Assembly (NCBI RefSeq): GCF_001194135.2
Contig: NC_068992.1
Span: forward strand, 53,785,983-53,830,797
From: Octopus bimaculoides
Taxonomy: Eukaryota
Length of the DNA stretch: 44,815 nt
Direction: 5' to 3'
This document shows positions 24,750-37,176 of the stretch, piece by piece. The notes below the pieces were generated by a model. That model was not told where the DNA came from. It was given only the letters and a program-made list of their open reading frames with translations, and ran no database searches. The translations under genes were made by a program, and so were the position numbers. How positions within the stretch are numbered: the stretch's first letter is position 1; each line of letters opens with the position of its first letter.

Positions 24750-25690
24750 ACGAGTGTTGTCGATAGATGGTTTGCTCTTTGATTCTGTGTACTTTCAGTA
24801 TATTCATTGCGGTATCAAGCCACGTGTGTGAAGTTAATATGGTCGAGGAGTTATTATGTATTTTGACAGCTTAATAGTTAGAAGGGAAAATAAACGAGCT
24901 GATTACAAATTTTATAGAATAATTTACACATCATAAAGTAAATGAGAGAGACCTCTTCATTAATATATTAATACATCACTTCAAAAGTGTTTGAACGTAC
25001 TAGATCTATAGTGTTACTCTCGGAACTATATCACAAGAAGAGATTCCGCCATATAATATATTCGCTGTCGATTCAAAGTACACATTCTTAACAAGAACTG
25101 CACATGTTTGGGGATTCAAAATGAATATAAATTTCGATGTGTATTGGTATAATAGAGATACAAATGTGGAGTTTACCTCCGTGCAAGTCACGTACTGTTG
25201 TGGTTAATTACGCCGACGTATTTTAATGAAGAATGTTTGGCACCGAGTTCCATGGTATCAAGGCAAAGGTCTATACCCTCCCATGTGAATACACGTTTTG
25301 TCAATGTATTCACTGTCAAATACTATGTTAACCAACAATAAATTAATTTTAATCGTACACATACGCTAGCACAAACAGAAGCATACACACACTGAAATAG
25401 AAATAAGGGGTTATGCTTTGATCAAAACGATATAAACATTTTTACAACGCTGCCACGGAAAATAAATTATCTGTTATACTTAATAATACATACCAATGTA
25501 AGACACATTTTTGGATAGTTATATATTTTCCTTAGGTTCTCGAAAGATTTGTCTTGATTACCATTGAGTGTAAGAAACATGGTTTGCATAGTTAACACCT
25601 TTTTTATCTCTATGACTGAAGCCAGATTTAATGTTTTTTTTTTATATTATGCACATTATCTGTATGTCAGTCTTAATATACGAATCTTAC

Positions 25691-25789
25691 CTGCCTCTCT
25701 CTTTCTTTTTGTCTTTCTTTCGCATTCAGTCTGCTATTACCGGTTTTGCTATATGGCATCTGTTTCACTTCCTTCTGGCGAAACCCAAG
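25691..25789 (-). CDS. Candidate internal exon (LGFRQKEVKQMPYSKTGNSRLNAKERQKERERQ), unknown product
   Basis: TTTAG acceptor, strong CAG|GTAAGA donor, 99 nt, phase 0-0, open frame. Confidence 0.35.
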
Positions 25790-25840
25790 CTAAATCATCA
25801 AATGACACAGCGCACAAAATATCTGTCAATGTATTCTTTG

Positions 25841-25905
25841 AAGGTGTTGGTTTAGCAGAATCATTAGTATATCGGACGAAATGCCTAATTGTGGTCTTTG
25901 TTCAG
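25841..25905 (+). mobile_element. SINE family B head fragment
   Basis: AAGGTG...TAGCAGAATCATTAGTATATCGGACGAAATGC. Confidence 0.6.
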
Positions 25906-28900
25906 ATTCTGTGATTTTCGTTATATTAGGCTCTAGGCTCAATAAAATAAATTCCCAATCAAGTAAATTCGGGAAATAAATCATTTATATGGTTCAGAAA
26001 AAAATGCGGGGCATGGTAAGAAAATAATGTTTCCTTTTACTGATCAATAATGATAGCATTGCAGGTACAGGCCTAGACAAATGATCAGAAGCTGTTTTGT
26101 TATCATAGTTCGGCAAACAGGAATGTTTAGTACTTGATGCAAACGTCTTTTATAACATCGTCATAATATCAAGGAGTCCATCTATATTAATCAAACTGTG
26201 GGGACGAAAACTCCTTGCATACCCTACGGTTAGGGGGACACTTGGTGCATAGAGTAGCAACATCGAAAGGAGTTTGTAAATTCAGTCATTCGGATTGCCA
26301 TATTGAGTAAACAAGGCCGACATTTTAGACAGAGATTTGCTTGAATTCTGTTTGAGGTCTGTAAATATAAACGGAATACGTATCGCTTTATATTATACTT
26401 TATTGATTAAGTACATCAGTTGAGCGAACTGGAAGACACTTGGGTCGAAATTGGTGAGCGAATCCATCGTACTACTACTTGTAACTAATTATAACGTAAA
26501 TGGACAGAGTTTTTTTTAAACTGGGGTGTCTTAATAGTGAACACTAGACGGAATATGATAGAGTGTGTATAGTCAAAGAGTCTGTATTAACTAAGGTGGT
26601 CTAAGATATTAAGTTTACCTGAATAAATGAGCTCTGGGTTTGATGCATAAAAGCAGCAAATAAAAAGGTTTTATTAAAAAACCGCTTGTTATTAAATTAC
26701 TTCTTAAACATTAGTTCTTTAGATCGCCTCATTTATTATATTTTCTTTCTGTTATCTCTCGTTCTATATATATACACGTGCATGTATGTGTGTGTTTATG
26801 TACTTAGGTATGCATGTATGTAACAGTGTTTCCCTGCTCTCAATGATGTTTTCAAGGTTTTTTTTTTCATCGATGTATAAAATTTACCTATTCATGTAGT
26901 CATATAATTATCTATTTGTATACCTATCTGCCCATCTACTAGTTCGTATGTCTGGCCTGTGTTTATACGTATCTGTCTGTCTATTCATCTAAAAATGAAC
27001 ACACTTATATACAAAACCTAAATGAACACATTTATATACAAAGCCTAAGAAATATTATTCACATGCGACTTTCAAACTGAAATCTAAGTCAAACCAATGA
27101 AAGACAAGCAGACGAGAATGATTTTGTTTTGATCATAAAAATAGGTTGCCATCTGTAAATCTAGACTTTCTTTATTTTAAAGTTCGCTTTATTATTTATT
27201 CTGTGTTGGAAACAGTCTCGACAGTCTATCGTTTTACAATTTCCAGTCTGTAAGCAAATAAATCTTATGACCGACTCCCACCCTTCACACAGAATTTTTA
27301 TATACATACCAGTATATTTTATAAATCAAGTTGAAACTGTTATTGTGTCCATCGCTTCGTTTATATATGTTATTAAGACACACATACAAAAAAACTTTCA
27401 CTCATAGAGGCACACACAAGGATGCATACTTGCGTATTCACACAATTACATACGTATAATATATATATATATATATANNNNNNNNNNNNNNNNNNNNNNN
27501 NNNNNNNNNNNNNNNNNNNNNNNNNNNNNNNNNNNNNNNNNNNNNNNNNNNNNNNNNNNNNNNNNNNNNNNNNNNNNNNNNNNNNNNNNNNNNNNNNNNN
27601 NNNNNNNNNNNNNNNNNNNNNNNNNNNNNNNNNNNNNNNNNNNNNNNNNNNNNNNNNNNNNNNNNNNNNNNNNNNNNNNNNNNNNNNNNNNNNNNNNNNN
27701 NNNNNNNNNNNNNNNNNNNNNNNNNNNNNNNNNNNNNNNNNNNNNNNNNNNNNNNNNNNNNNNNNNNNNNNNNNNNNNNNNNNNNNNNNNNNNNNNNNNN
27801 NNNNNNNNNNNNNNNNNNNNNNNNNNNNNNNNNNNNNNNNNNNNNNNNNNNNNNNNNNNNNNNNNNNNNNNNNNNNNNNNNNNNNNNNNNNNNNNNNNNN
27901 NNNNNNNNNNNNNNNNNNNNNNNNNNNNNNNNNNNNNNNNNNNNNNNNNNNNNNNNNNNNNNNNNNNNNNNNNNNNNNNNNNNNNNNNNNNNNNNNNNNN
28001 NNNNNNNNNNNNNNNNNNNNNNNNNNNNNNNNNNNNNNNNNNNNNNNNNNNNNNNNNNNNNNNNNNNNNNNNNNNNNNNNNNNNNNNNNNNNNNNNNNNN
28101 NNNNNNNNNNTATATATATATATACATATATCAACGCTTCCTTTTACGTGTAGTTATACAGAAAAAACAATTTAATACTTAAAAGGAGGATCACTCACTA
28201 TTCCCTATTTAGCATATGACGGCGTTTTAGTAATTTCGGTTTGCTGGCCGTCATCAATAGATTGTTAGAATTTTCCGTGTAGAACATAACACATACATGC
28301 ATGCATACATACATTTGCACACTGAAAAACATTCACACATATAAATACATAAAACGTAACTTGTTCCTACGTACTAACCCTTAGTTTTTCTTTCACTTTA
28401 TATACACACTTTATATGCACTCTGTATTGCTCCATCTTAATCTACGCATGCTCCAGGTTTCTTTCTAATTTTGATGAAGAACACTCACCGGAAAAGTTAC
28501 GATCTTCGCTATTTCCCTCTGCTATTTGGTTATTGTCTTACTACAACCACTGCCATTTTTGTGAACGTTTAATTACACAAACTAACCACTAATATCAACC
28601 ACAACAAATATCTCCATTGTCTTCCATTTGCATCTTCTCCGCTCCTGCTGCACCTCATCGTCATCGTGACGACCACCACCAGTCGTAGCAGCACAATCTT
28701 CATGTAGATTGACGGTAACATGAACATATCATTGAAAATTACAAAGCGAAAAAGAAAGAGACGAGAAATCGCGTTAGAAGTTAACCGTGAGAAGAAGCTA
28801 AAGAGAGAAAAAGGCAGCGAAATATTAAAGAAAGAGAGAGAGAGAGATGAACATATAAAGAAATAAAATTGAAAAGAGAAGCAGACAGACTGAGGCATAG

Positions 28901-29371
28901 AGGTGAGGTGAGGGGAGAGAGAGAGCGAGAATGAAACCCCGTAAATATTTATGTAACGTATCAGATATCTGTCAAAGCAAGTGATTTACTAATGACGTCA
29001 CTCTAAGTGGTCTGATAGAGGCTAAACTATTGTCAGCAGGGATGATAAAGGGATAGATGGTCGGGGTAGTGGTTTTTCTCCATTGGCAACATAATAATGA
29101 ATAAGTTTATGTAGATATGTTTGCTTGTTCTACAATGAAACTAATGGAAGGATCGACTAGAGAATCATGAACGATTCAGCGATTTGAATAGCGGCAACAG
29201 CAGCCATGAGAATAACACTAGGGAAAAACAACAACGAAAAGAAAAACAACATGAAAAACATAACAGCCATAGAAATATCTCAGTTATAAGAATATAAATA
29301 GAACCGACAATGTTCACTACTGCCACAACGCAACATCAGAGAAAGCAGTAACATAATAGCATGGAAAATAT

Positions 29372-29406
<35 letters not shown>

Positions 29407-29420
29407 TTATAATAATAATC

Positions 29421-29630
29421 CTTTCTACTCTAGGCACAATGGGCCAGAAATTCTGGGGGAGAGGAATAGTCGATTATATCGACCACAGTGCTTTACCGGT
29501 ACTTTTTTTTTTTATCGAACCTGAAAAACAAAGTCAACCTCGGCGGAATTTGAACTCAGAACGAAGCGGCAGACGAATTACCGCTAATCATTTCGCCCGA
29601 CGTGCTAACGATTCTGCCAGCTCGCCACCA
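29421..29630 (-). mobile_element. SINE family B, full length, embedded in an (AAT)n tract
   Basis: CTTTCTACTCTAGGCACAA...AAAGTCAACCTCGGCGGAATTTGAACTCAGAAC...CGTGCTAACGATTCTGCCAGCTCGCCACC; AAT repeats on both sides. Confidence 0.9.
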
Positions 29631-29641
29631 TAATAATAATG

Positions 29642-29723
<82 letters not shown>
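29631..29723. repeat. (AAT)n microsatellite
   Basis: Directly visible. Confidence 0.95.
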
Positions 29724-29725
<2 letters not shown>

Positions 29726-30589
29726 TGATAAGGATAATGATGGGGAAGAGGAGGAGGGAGGGGAGGGTTGTATAGAACAGAACAATAACGTGCTGTTACC
29801 AACTACCACAATAAACACAATATCTACAATAACAACAGAGATAACAATCACAACAGCCATTAGCACAATTACAACGCTAACGTTTGCTTCTGTGTTGATA
29901 CAGTGAGTTAGGGTTCTAAAATTACACCCGAAGGTGTTAAATTATGAATGGCACATTAAGCAATGTAGCATGTGAGAAGCCAAAAAAGTTGGAATGGTCA
30001 TGGCTGCAAAGCTTTTCACCATTGGACTGTTCAATCAGAATTAGTCAAGGGCTAAATATGGCGGACAAGAGGATCTACGTCCGAGATGACTTTAACGAGC
30101 TTGACTCTTTGTTAGATGTTTCGATTGGTACTGGCAACACCTGGATTATGTTTGGTTCAAGAGAACAACGACAGCAACAACAACAACAACAATGAACACC
30201 ACTACGTTAACGACTGCAGCAACAACAATAACAAGGACATCAGTTAATATTAATAAAGATAGCTGGCGACAACAATAACGATGGTAACAAATAAAAAAAA
30301 AGTCGATATGTATAAATGGGTTAATGGAGGTCGTCGAAGCCTATTGAATTTAATACATACATAAATACACACAAACATGCACACACACACACACACACAT
30401 ATCTGCATTTCTATTTACGTTTGTATATATGTGTGTGTGTGTGTGTTTCTGTGTGTGTGTGTATGTGTATGCATAACTATGGTCATATTTACGCAGACAA
30501 TACACAACTCTGTTCAGAGATACGCAATGAAACACACATGCACACACATATACACGCATACACAAACACACATACATTATATACATATG

Positions 30590-30597
<8 letters not shown>

Positions 30598-30662
<65 letters not shown>
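30598..30662. repeat. (TA)n microsatellite
   Basis: Directly visible. Confidence 0.95.
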
Positions 30663-30671
<9 letters not shown>

Positions 30672-30722
30672 TTGATACATACATATATCATGTGTATAAT
30701 TTATACGTAGTGTAGTACACAC

Positions 30723-31007
30723 CTCGATGAAGCCAAATGATTGCAGTGAAGAAAAAATGGCAGCCATGTCGTCTTTTATTGTCACACAAGTAAATATTAT
30801 ATTTCTTAAACGTAGATATATTGTGTCGAAGCGTGTCAGACATATGTTGATTGGCGGGAAGGTCATGCCTGTTTGAGCATACAGCTGGTTTCCATTCACA
30901 GTACAACGCGTATTTATAAAAGGTGAAGGCATGAATGTTGTTACGTCAAAATATCTGAGGCTTCTCTTTGTCTTCCACGTAAGCTTTATGCGATTAAATG
31001 TCACTTT
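30723..31007 (-). CDS. Candidate internal exon (KVTFNRIKLTWK...IFSSLQSFGFIE, 95 aa), unknown product
   Basis: Pyrimidine-rich TTCAG acceptor at 31008, weaker GAG|GTGTGT donor, 285 nt, phase 0-0, no stop, non-repetitive sequence. An open frame this long can occur by chance in 45 kb. Confidence 0.3.
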
Positions 31008-31200
31008 CTGAATTTGGTTACAAAGGGATTTGGGGAAAAGAATATTAAGTGAAGTAAGACCTGTTGAGTATAAAGAAGATACTTCATTAAAATTGTTCTT
31101 GTATAACTACCGTCGGACGTCAGTGTATCGGTGCACTTATTTCCTTTGAGTATATATACGTATACACAAACACAGGCACGCACACACATATATGTGTGTG

Positions 31201-31239
<39 letters not shown>

Positions 31240-31705
31240 TTGGATACAGGTTGGTGGTTAAGGTCAGCAACAAAAATCTTAGCATGAATAATATTTAAGA
31301 TATCAACCCAGCCTTTTTCGAATTAGTCTGAAATGGAAACGCATGAGGAATTATTTTNNNNNNNNNNNNNNNNNNNNNNNNNNNNNNNNNNNNNNNNNNN
31401 NNNNNNNNNNNNNNNNNNNNNNNNNNNNNNNNNNNNNNNNNNNNNNNNNNNNNNNNNNNNNNNNNNNNNNNNNNNNNNNNNNNNNNNNNNNNNNNNNNNN
31501 NNNNNNNNNNNNNNNNNNNNNNNNNNNNNNNNNNNNNNNNNNNNNNNNNNNNNNNNNNNNNNNNNNNNNNNNNNNNNNATATATATATATATATATAAGC
31601 TTCACTGAAGCTTATATACATATATATACATACATATAAGCTTCACTGAAATATATGCTGGCAAAGATGTATGCGGGCAGCGAACACGAAAAGGTTTCGT
31701 CTTAC

Positions 31706-31767
31706 CTTTAGGTAGAACATCGTAAAAATGGACAACCCAGAATTGATAATATAGGCTTGAAAATTAT
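31706..31767 (-). CDS. Candidate internal exon (DNFQAYIINSGLSIFTMFYLK)
   Basis: TTTACAG acceptor (an alternative AG lies 14 nt upstream at 31782), strong AAG|GTAAGA donor, phase 1-0, compatible with both neighbours. Confidence 0.25.
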
Positions 31768-32989
31768 CTGTAAATTTTACACTGTAAAATATATAACTTC
31801 AAAAGCAAAGGAAATCAGAGAATTCTCTGCATATCCTCCTTCACATCCCTGTTCTTCTGGAAATGTTTGTAGTGTGTATGTGAATGTGTGTGTGTGCATA
31901 TGTGAAAGAGGGAAAGAGAGAGAGAAAGAAAGATTGTGTTTGGATGTTTGTGCATAATTTGAAGAAGGAAGATAGGCAGCGCCTATGATGATTTTCGCGT
32001 TTTCCTTCAGACCGCGGGCCTAAAGACACTTGCACAACAAGCCTCGTAGTATTATCAAACGTGAGAGCTCACGATTCTGCAGCTAGCTTCTTAATCCTCC
32101 AGGTCTTCCTCAGTAAACAAAGTGTTCATAAATTGCCTTTACAACTTCCACAATCTGCCTTTATCAACGTACACGCATTGCGTACAAACAATGGAGTCTA
32201 CGTGGATGTATTGAGACGGTTCTAATAGAATTATCTTTGTTTGCCAATAAACCGAGCTGACTTACATATCCTTAATTTTTATTTTCTCACGAAGTTTACA
32301 ATTTTTAAAGATAATTTATGGACACCCTCTGTGCATGTGTTTGTGTGTGTATGTGCGTGTGTTTGCGTCTGTTTGTGTGTATGTGAGTGTGTGCACGCGC
32401 GCATTGATGCACGAATGCGAACAGCTAAAACGTCGACAGACAAATGAAATCAACAAATATAATAATATGGTATGAAATCCATAAATTAATTAATCAAACT
32501 ATGGAAGAGAACACTTAAGCACTCAAGAATCCTACGCAAAATTTCCATCGTGTAAAATCTGTAGCCAAATTATCGTAAAATCTTATAACTCACCCTCTGT
32601 GTTTAATAGCAAGGGTTGATGTTCACAGCTGAAACGCTTTTGACCAACTCGAACTAACCTCGAGCTAAACAACAGCAACAACAACAACGACAGCCACAAC
32701 AACCAAAACAGCGACGCTGAATATCTGTGGAATTTATTACCATAAAACGGATGGAACTTCTTGTAAAACTGTCATCCGACATGACAGGAAAGAATAAACA
32801 ACTTTTCTATTACCTCATCATATTTTATCGCCTTCTTTCCTCTGCACTTTTCTGATTTTGTCTTCTACGTTTCTATCACTTACTCTGTCAACATTACCTG
32901 TCTCCCCATATTGTCCTTGACCCCACTTCTGTCTCTATTTTATCGTAATTTTCTCTCACTTACATACTCCCATTGTATTTCCCTTCCTT

Positions 32990-33240
32990 TGTTTTCTTCA
33001 TCTGGTCCCTCAAGTTAAATCCTTTCTCCAAGCCGTCATAGTTCGCATGTAAATAATGTAGACACCTCCATGCAGTCTATCAATCTGATAAAAGTAGCAA
33101 TCCATAACCCTTCTCATGTTTTCTTCCTCCGGTCCCTCAAGACAATTCCTTTCTCCAAGCCGCCATACTTCGCACGTAGATAATGTAGAAACCTCCCACA
33201 GTCTATCAATCTGGTAAAAGTGGCAATCAAATAACCCTCA
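32990..33240. repeat. Tandem duplication, two copies of about 127 bp
   Basis: GGTCCCTCAAG at 33004 and 33131; CCTTTCTCCAAGCCG, TAATGTAGA.ACCTCC and CAGTCTATCAATCTG.TAAAAGT.GCAATC occur in both copies. Confidence 0.9.
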
Positions 33241-33639
33241 AATTATATCTTGTCATTTTGAAAAGGAAGAAAAAAAACAACGAAAAGAAAGCTCTCATTG
33301 AATAATGCAGCTATAGAAAACATGACTAATGATTACGGATAGTATCACTGTTAAGTAATAACACGACAATAGCAACGATGAACCTACCAGTAATAACATC
33401 ACAAGCAGCAACAGGAACAGAAAAATAGAGTCACATTAGAAGCAATTGATAAAGGCATAGAAAACGCAAACAAAGGCGCAAGCATGGCTATGTGCTCAAG
33501 AAGATCACTTTGCAACCGCATGCTTTCGATGTCAGCGTTTGTGTGTGTGTGTGAACGCAGGCGCACGAGTATTTGTCTATGTGTATTTGGCACCTACCTC
33601 ATCATTACAACGGGTTTTCTTTTATTACATACGCATTAC

Positions 33640-33758
33640 CTAACGGTTCGGCACACGATTCCATTAGAATAAGTAGCAGAGTTTGAAATAAGTTCCGGAG
33701 TCTATTTGTTCGACGGAATTTTTCAAGGGGATGCCCCAGCACTGTCGCAGTACAGAGA
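33640..33758 (-). CDS. Candidate internal exon (LCTATVLGHPLEKFRRTNRLRNLFQTLLLILMESCAEPL)
   Basis: Strong CTTTTCAG acceptor with a long pyrimidine tract, TAG|GTAATG donor, 119 nt, only one open frame (phase 2-1). Confidence 0.3.
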
Positions 33759-35064
33759 CTGAAAAGCATAGCATGTAAAAGAAACAGATATAAATAATCG
33801 CAAAACACAATAGCTGTCTCAATGATGGCGACAACAACAACAACAGCAGGGAGAGAAACAGTTCTAGTTGAAAAGGCAACAAAATTCACGTGGAACCAAA
33901 TGGTTTCTCAAAATGGTTATTCTCAATAAAAACAACTAAAAGAATTGTAAAAGTAAATTTCACCGTAGTCGCAAACCTATTTACAAAGTTCCGGAGTATA
34001 TCAATTATGCTCATAAAAATATAAGTTTTATCGTCTCCGGTAATCAAGCTCAATTTTCGCAAGATTTGAACTAACAACGTACGTAGATTGGATATAACAA
34101 CATCAAATGAGTTAAAGAAAGCATATACAAAACACATGCAGCTGAATGACGGCATTTTTAATAGCTCTTTTCAGTAACAATAACACCACTTGCAAGTCAT
34201 CGACCTACTTTGTGCGTGAGTGTTTTTTTTTAACTTTTTCTAATAAATATTAGAAACGTTTCGATAGGTGGCAAAAGAGGAGCGGATATTCTCTTGAGCA
34301 GAAGATAAACAAAAACAACAACAAAAAACGTATACAAAGAAGACCTGATGATTTAGTTGTTGGGTGTTGAAATGAAAGCAGAAAGAAAAAAGGCAGATTG
34401 TCTGCTGGAGAAGAGATAGTTTTAAAACATCCAACACCATTTTTTGGCTGCCTGATACAGCTAACCTAATAGATAAGAATACGTGTGGAGGGTAGTCTGC
34501 ATGAATAAGTATGTATACGAACACACACACACACANNNNNNNNNNTATATATATATATATATATAAATCATTCAACTACGGTAGTAGTTGAATAATATTT
34601 TTAAGGCCGCAATTTACTCACACGCAGCGTATTCAGAGCTTTGTCACTAATTTACTTCTTAGCCAAATTGAAAACTGTTAACATTTTTGAAGTGGACTCG
34701 TTCATAGCTATATTTTGGCATAAAAATATTGAGATTTGATCCCGTAGAAAGAAAGCTTACACCGAAATGTGTAGCAACGTTATAGGAAGGTACGTAATGC
34801 TTCCAATCAAATTTAGATCTAAATAACATCTTTATTTTAAAAGCAAAATATATTTATCTTAGCTTCAATGATAAAAGAAAGCATGAGAAATTTGATAGCT
34901 TTAGTCCCATGCGACAAAAGCTTGTATCAAAAAAGTTGTGAGGTCAAATATCATGGAAATAATATAAGTAAATCCACCTGGATTTGAGTATAATTAATTT
35001 CTTTTATTTCAGAAACAAATTATATTTTAATTAAGCTTAAATGACAGAGCTCAATTCGAGGAAT

Positions 35065-35455
35065 TTCATGGTACCAATCTCATGTAATGAAGTTTTAAAA
35101 GAAAACAGTTATGATTGTTTGTTTCTCAAATTTGAGGGTGATAATATAATCCTATACTTCTTTTATGAATATAAGGGGACGTTTCATGTATGTCACCGGC
35201 ATCATTGTGGTAAGGATAAAATTTTCATCGACACCACCAATTTGCAGTTAGTTTAAATACGTCATCTGTATTAATTAATGCAATTATATCATGGAAACAC
35301 ATTCTAGTAATATCTGAGACAAGAAAGAAATTTTAAAAGAAAAAAGTAATGGGCGTTTGTTTCTCAAATTTGAGGGTGACAATATAGTTCTATACTTTTT
35401 TATAAATACAGCTTTATAGGAGGTATTTTAATATATTTCACCTGCATCATTAAGG
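35065..35455. repeat. Older degenerate duplication, period about 238 bp
   Basis: GTTTGTTTCTCAAATTTGAGGGTGA at 35117 and 35355, followed by similar AATATA..CTATACTT and TCACC.GCATCATT. Confidence 0.75.
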
Positions 35456-36425
35456 AAATTTTAAATAATTAAAATCATAAGTTGTTAATTGACATATTAT
35501 TATTTAGCATAATAGTATTGCCTAGAAAAAAAATGGATTACATGGGAAAATGCGAGCAAGAGAAATAATATTCTTAAGATTATAAACATGGAAAAGTACA
35601 GGACGACTTATTACATTTGTAAAAGTTCAGGACAAGTTATTTCATCTGGTCAAGTATAGAACAAATGAATTTTTACTTAAAGTTTTGCAGCTAAGGATAA
35701 AATTTGAATATTAAAAATTATTTGATTTTAATTTACAATGTATCAATATAATTTAAAAGGATACCATCATTTTGTTAAAATATTGACACACTAGAATACT
35801 TAAAATATGAAAACCAGAAGTACCAATATAGCTAAAGTTTTATGCAATGTAGAATAGTATATATGGTAGGCAAATTCATTATATAAAAAATGGGCATTGG
35901 GTCAAGACTAAAAATGAGAAGACTTGACAATAACTTAGGCAATAACTCAAGCAAATTTTACTGTGAATTTGTTGTCATAGGTAAATTTTACTATAATATA
36001 TAAGTAATTGTTGTATTATTCTATTTAATGTACTAACTAATTATGTACTACTATTATTTTTTATAACCTATTTTGAATTTTTTAATTATTAATTAATAAT
36101 TTAAGAAATGAAATTTTTTCAAGTGCAAAAATATTATAATTGATATATTTTGCATTTTTAATTGAAGTAACAAATAATAACAAATAGAAGTAATAACTTG
36201 TAATAAAATTTTTAGTTTTAATAAAAGCTAATATTTTCTAAAATAAATATTGTATTTGAAATTTTATCCTCAGCTGTAATATTTTAAGTAACAATTATCT
36301 TGTGTACTTTACCAGATGTAATAACTTGTCCTTAACTTTTCCAAGTGTAGTTCTGTAATTTTCCAGGTTTATAATCTTAAGAATAATATTTCTCTTGCTC
36401 ACATTTTTCTATATTATATATATAT

Positions 36426-36553
36426 ATAAAGTGAAGTATATTTGCCATTTAAATGTGGCTGACCCCTAAGGGTGGATGTTACTGTTGCTTTTAGCAAATA
36501 TACTTCACTTTAGGGGTCAGCCACATTTAAATGGCAAATATACTTCACTTTAT
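36426..36553. repeat. Perfect 44-bp inverted repeat (fold-back of a repeat terminus, possibly Penelope-like)
   Basis: 36426-36469 and 36510-36553 are exact reverse complements; a third 19-nt inverted copy lies at 36494-36512. Confidence 0.95.
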
Positions 36554-36595
36554 CGTGCAGTTACTGTTAACACCTCGTTCAGAGATTTAACATTG

Positions 36596-36659
<64 letters not shown>

Positions 36660-36872
36660 NNNNNNNNNNNNNNNNNNNNNNNNNNNNNNNNNNNNNNNNN
36701 NNNNNNNNNNNNNNNNNNNNNNNNNNNNNNNNNNNNNNNNNNNNNNNNNNNNNNNNNNNNNNNNNNNNNNNNNNNNNNNNNNNNNNNNNNNNNNNNNNNN
36801 NNNNNNNNNNNNNNNNNNNNNNNNNNNNNNNNNNNNNNTCATCTCAGAAATATAGAACAGAATGTATTTGCA

Positions 36873-37060
36873 TGTCTGTATTTGTCTCCTCACCATCGCT
36901 TGACAGCCAATGTTGGCGTGTTTATGTCAAAAAAAAACCCCGATAGAATAAGTACTAGACTTCCAAAGAATAAATCCTGGGGTCGATTTGTTCGACTAAC
37001 GGCGGTGCTCCAGAATGGCCGTATTCAAATCACTGAAACGAGTAAAAGAAATAAAAGAAA
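36873..37060 (+). mobile_element. SINE family A, 3' half (5' part lost in a gap)
   Basis: CACCATCGCTTGACAGCC...CGATAGAATAAGTACTAG...CCTGGGGTCGATTTGTTCGACTAA.GGCGGTGCTCCAG.ATGGCC...CTGAAACGAGTAAAAGAAATAAAAG. Confidence 0.9.
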
Positions 37061-37096
37061 AATATATATGTGTATATAAATATACATATATACATA

Positions 37097-37176
<80 letters not shown>

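Noticed and set aside
25720-25843. Plus-strand exon candidate ending AAG|GTG
   Set aside because: The apparent donor is the start of a SINE head; the minus-strand 99-nt exon explains the region better
28569-28898. 109-aa ORF with a signal-peptide-like stretch
   Set aside because: Built from a pyrimidine tract and degenerate GAT/GGT repeats; no recognisable domain
30864-30878. CATGCCTGTTTGAGC resembling the 3' end of fungal 5.8S rRNA
   Set aside because: Only 15 nt, with none of the rest of 5.8S, ITS or flanking rDNA
30800-30900. GPCR-like reading of the 285-nt candidate exon (C...ICLTRFDTIYLRLR as a DRY-type motif)
   Set aside because: Cys-to-Arg spacing is off by one, there is no room for TM2, and no other TM motifs; it shows how easily motifs can be overfitted here
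34400-34496. FLSIRLAVSG resembling the T-box FP..KV.VSG strand
   Set aside because: No convincing donor after the motif and it conflicts with the 119-nt candidate exon; likely chance
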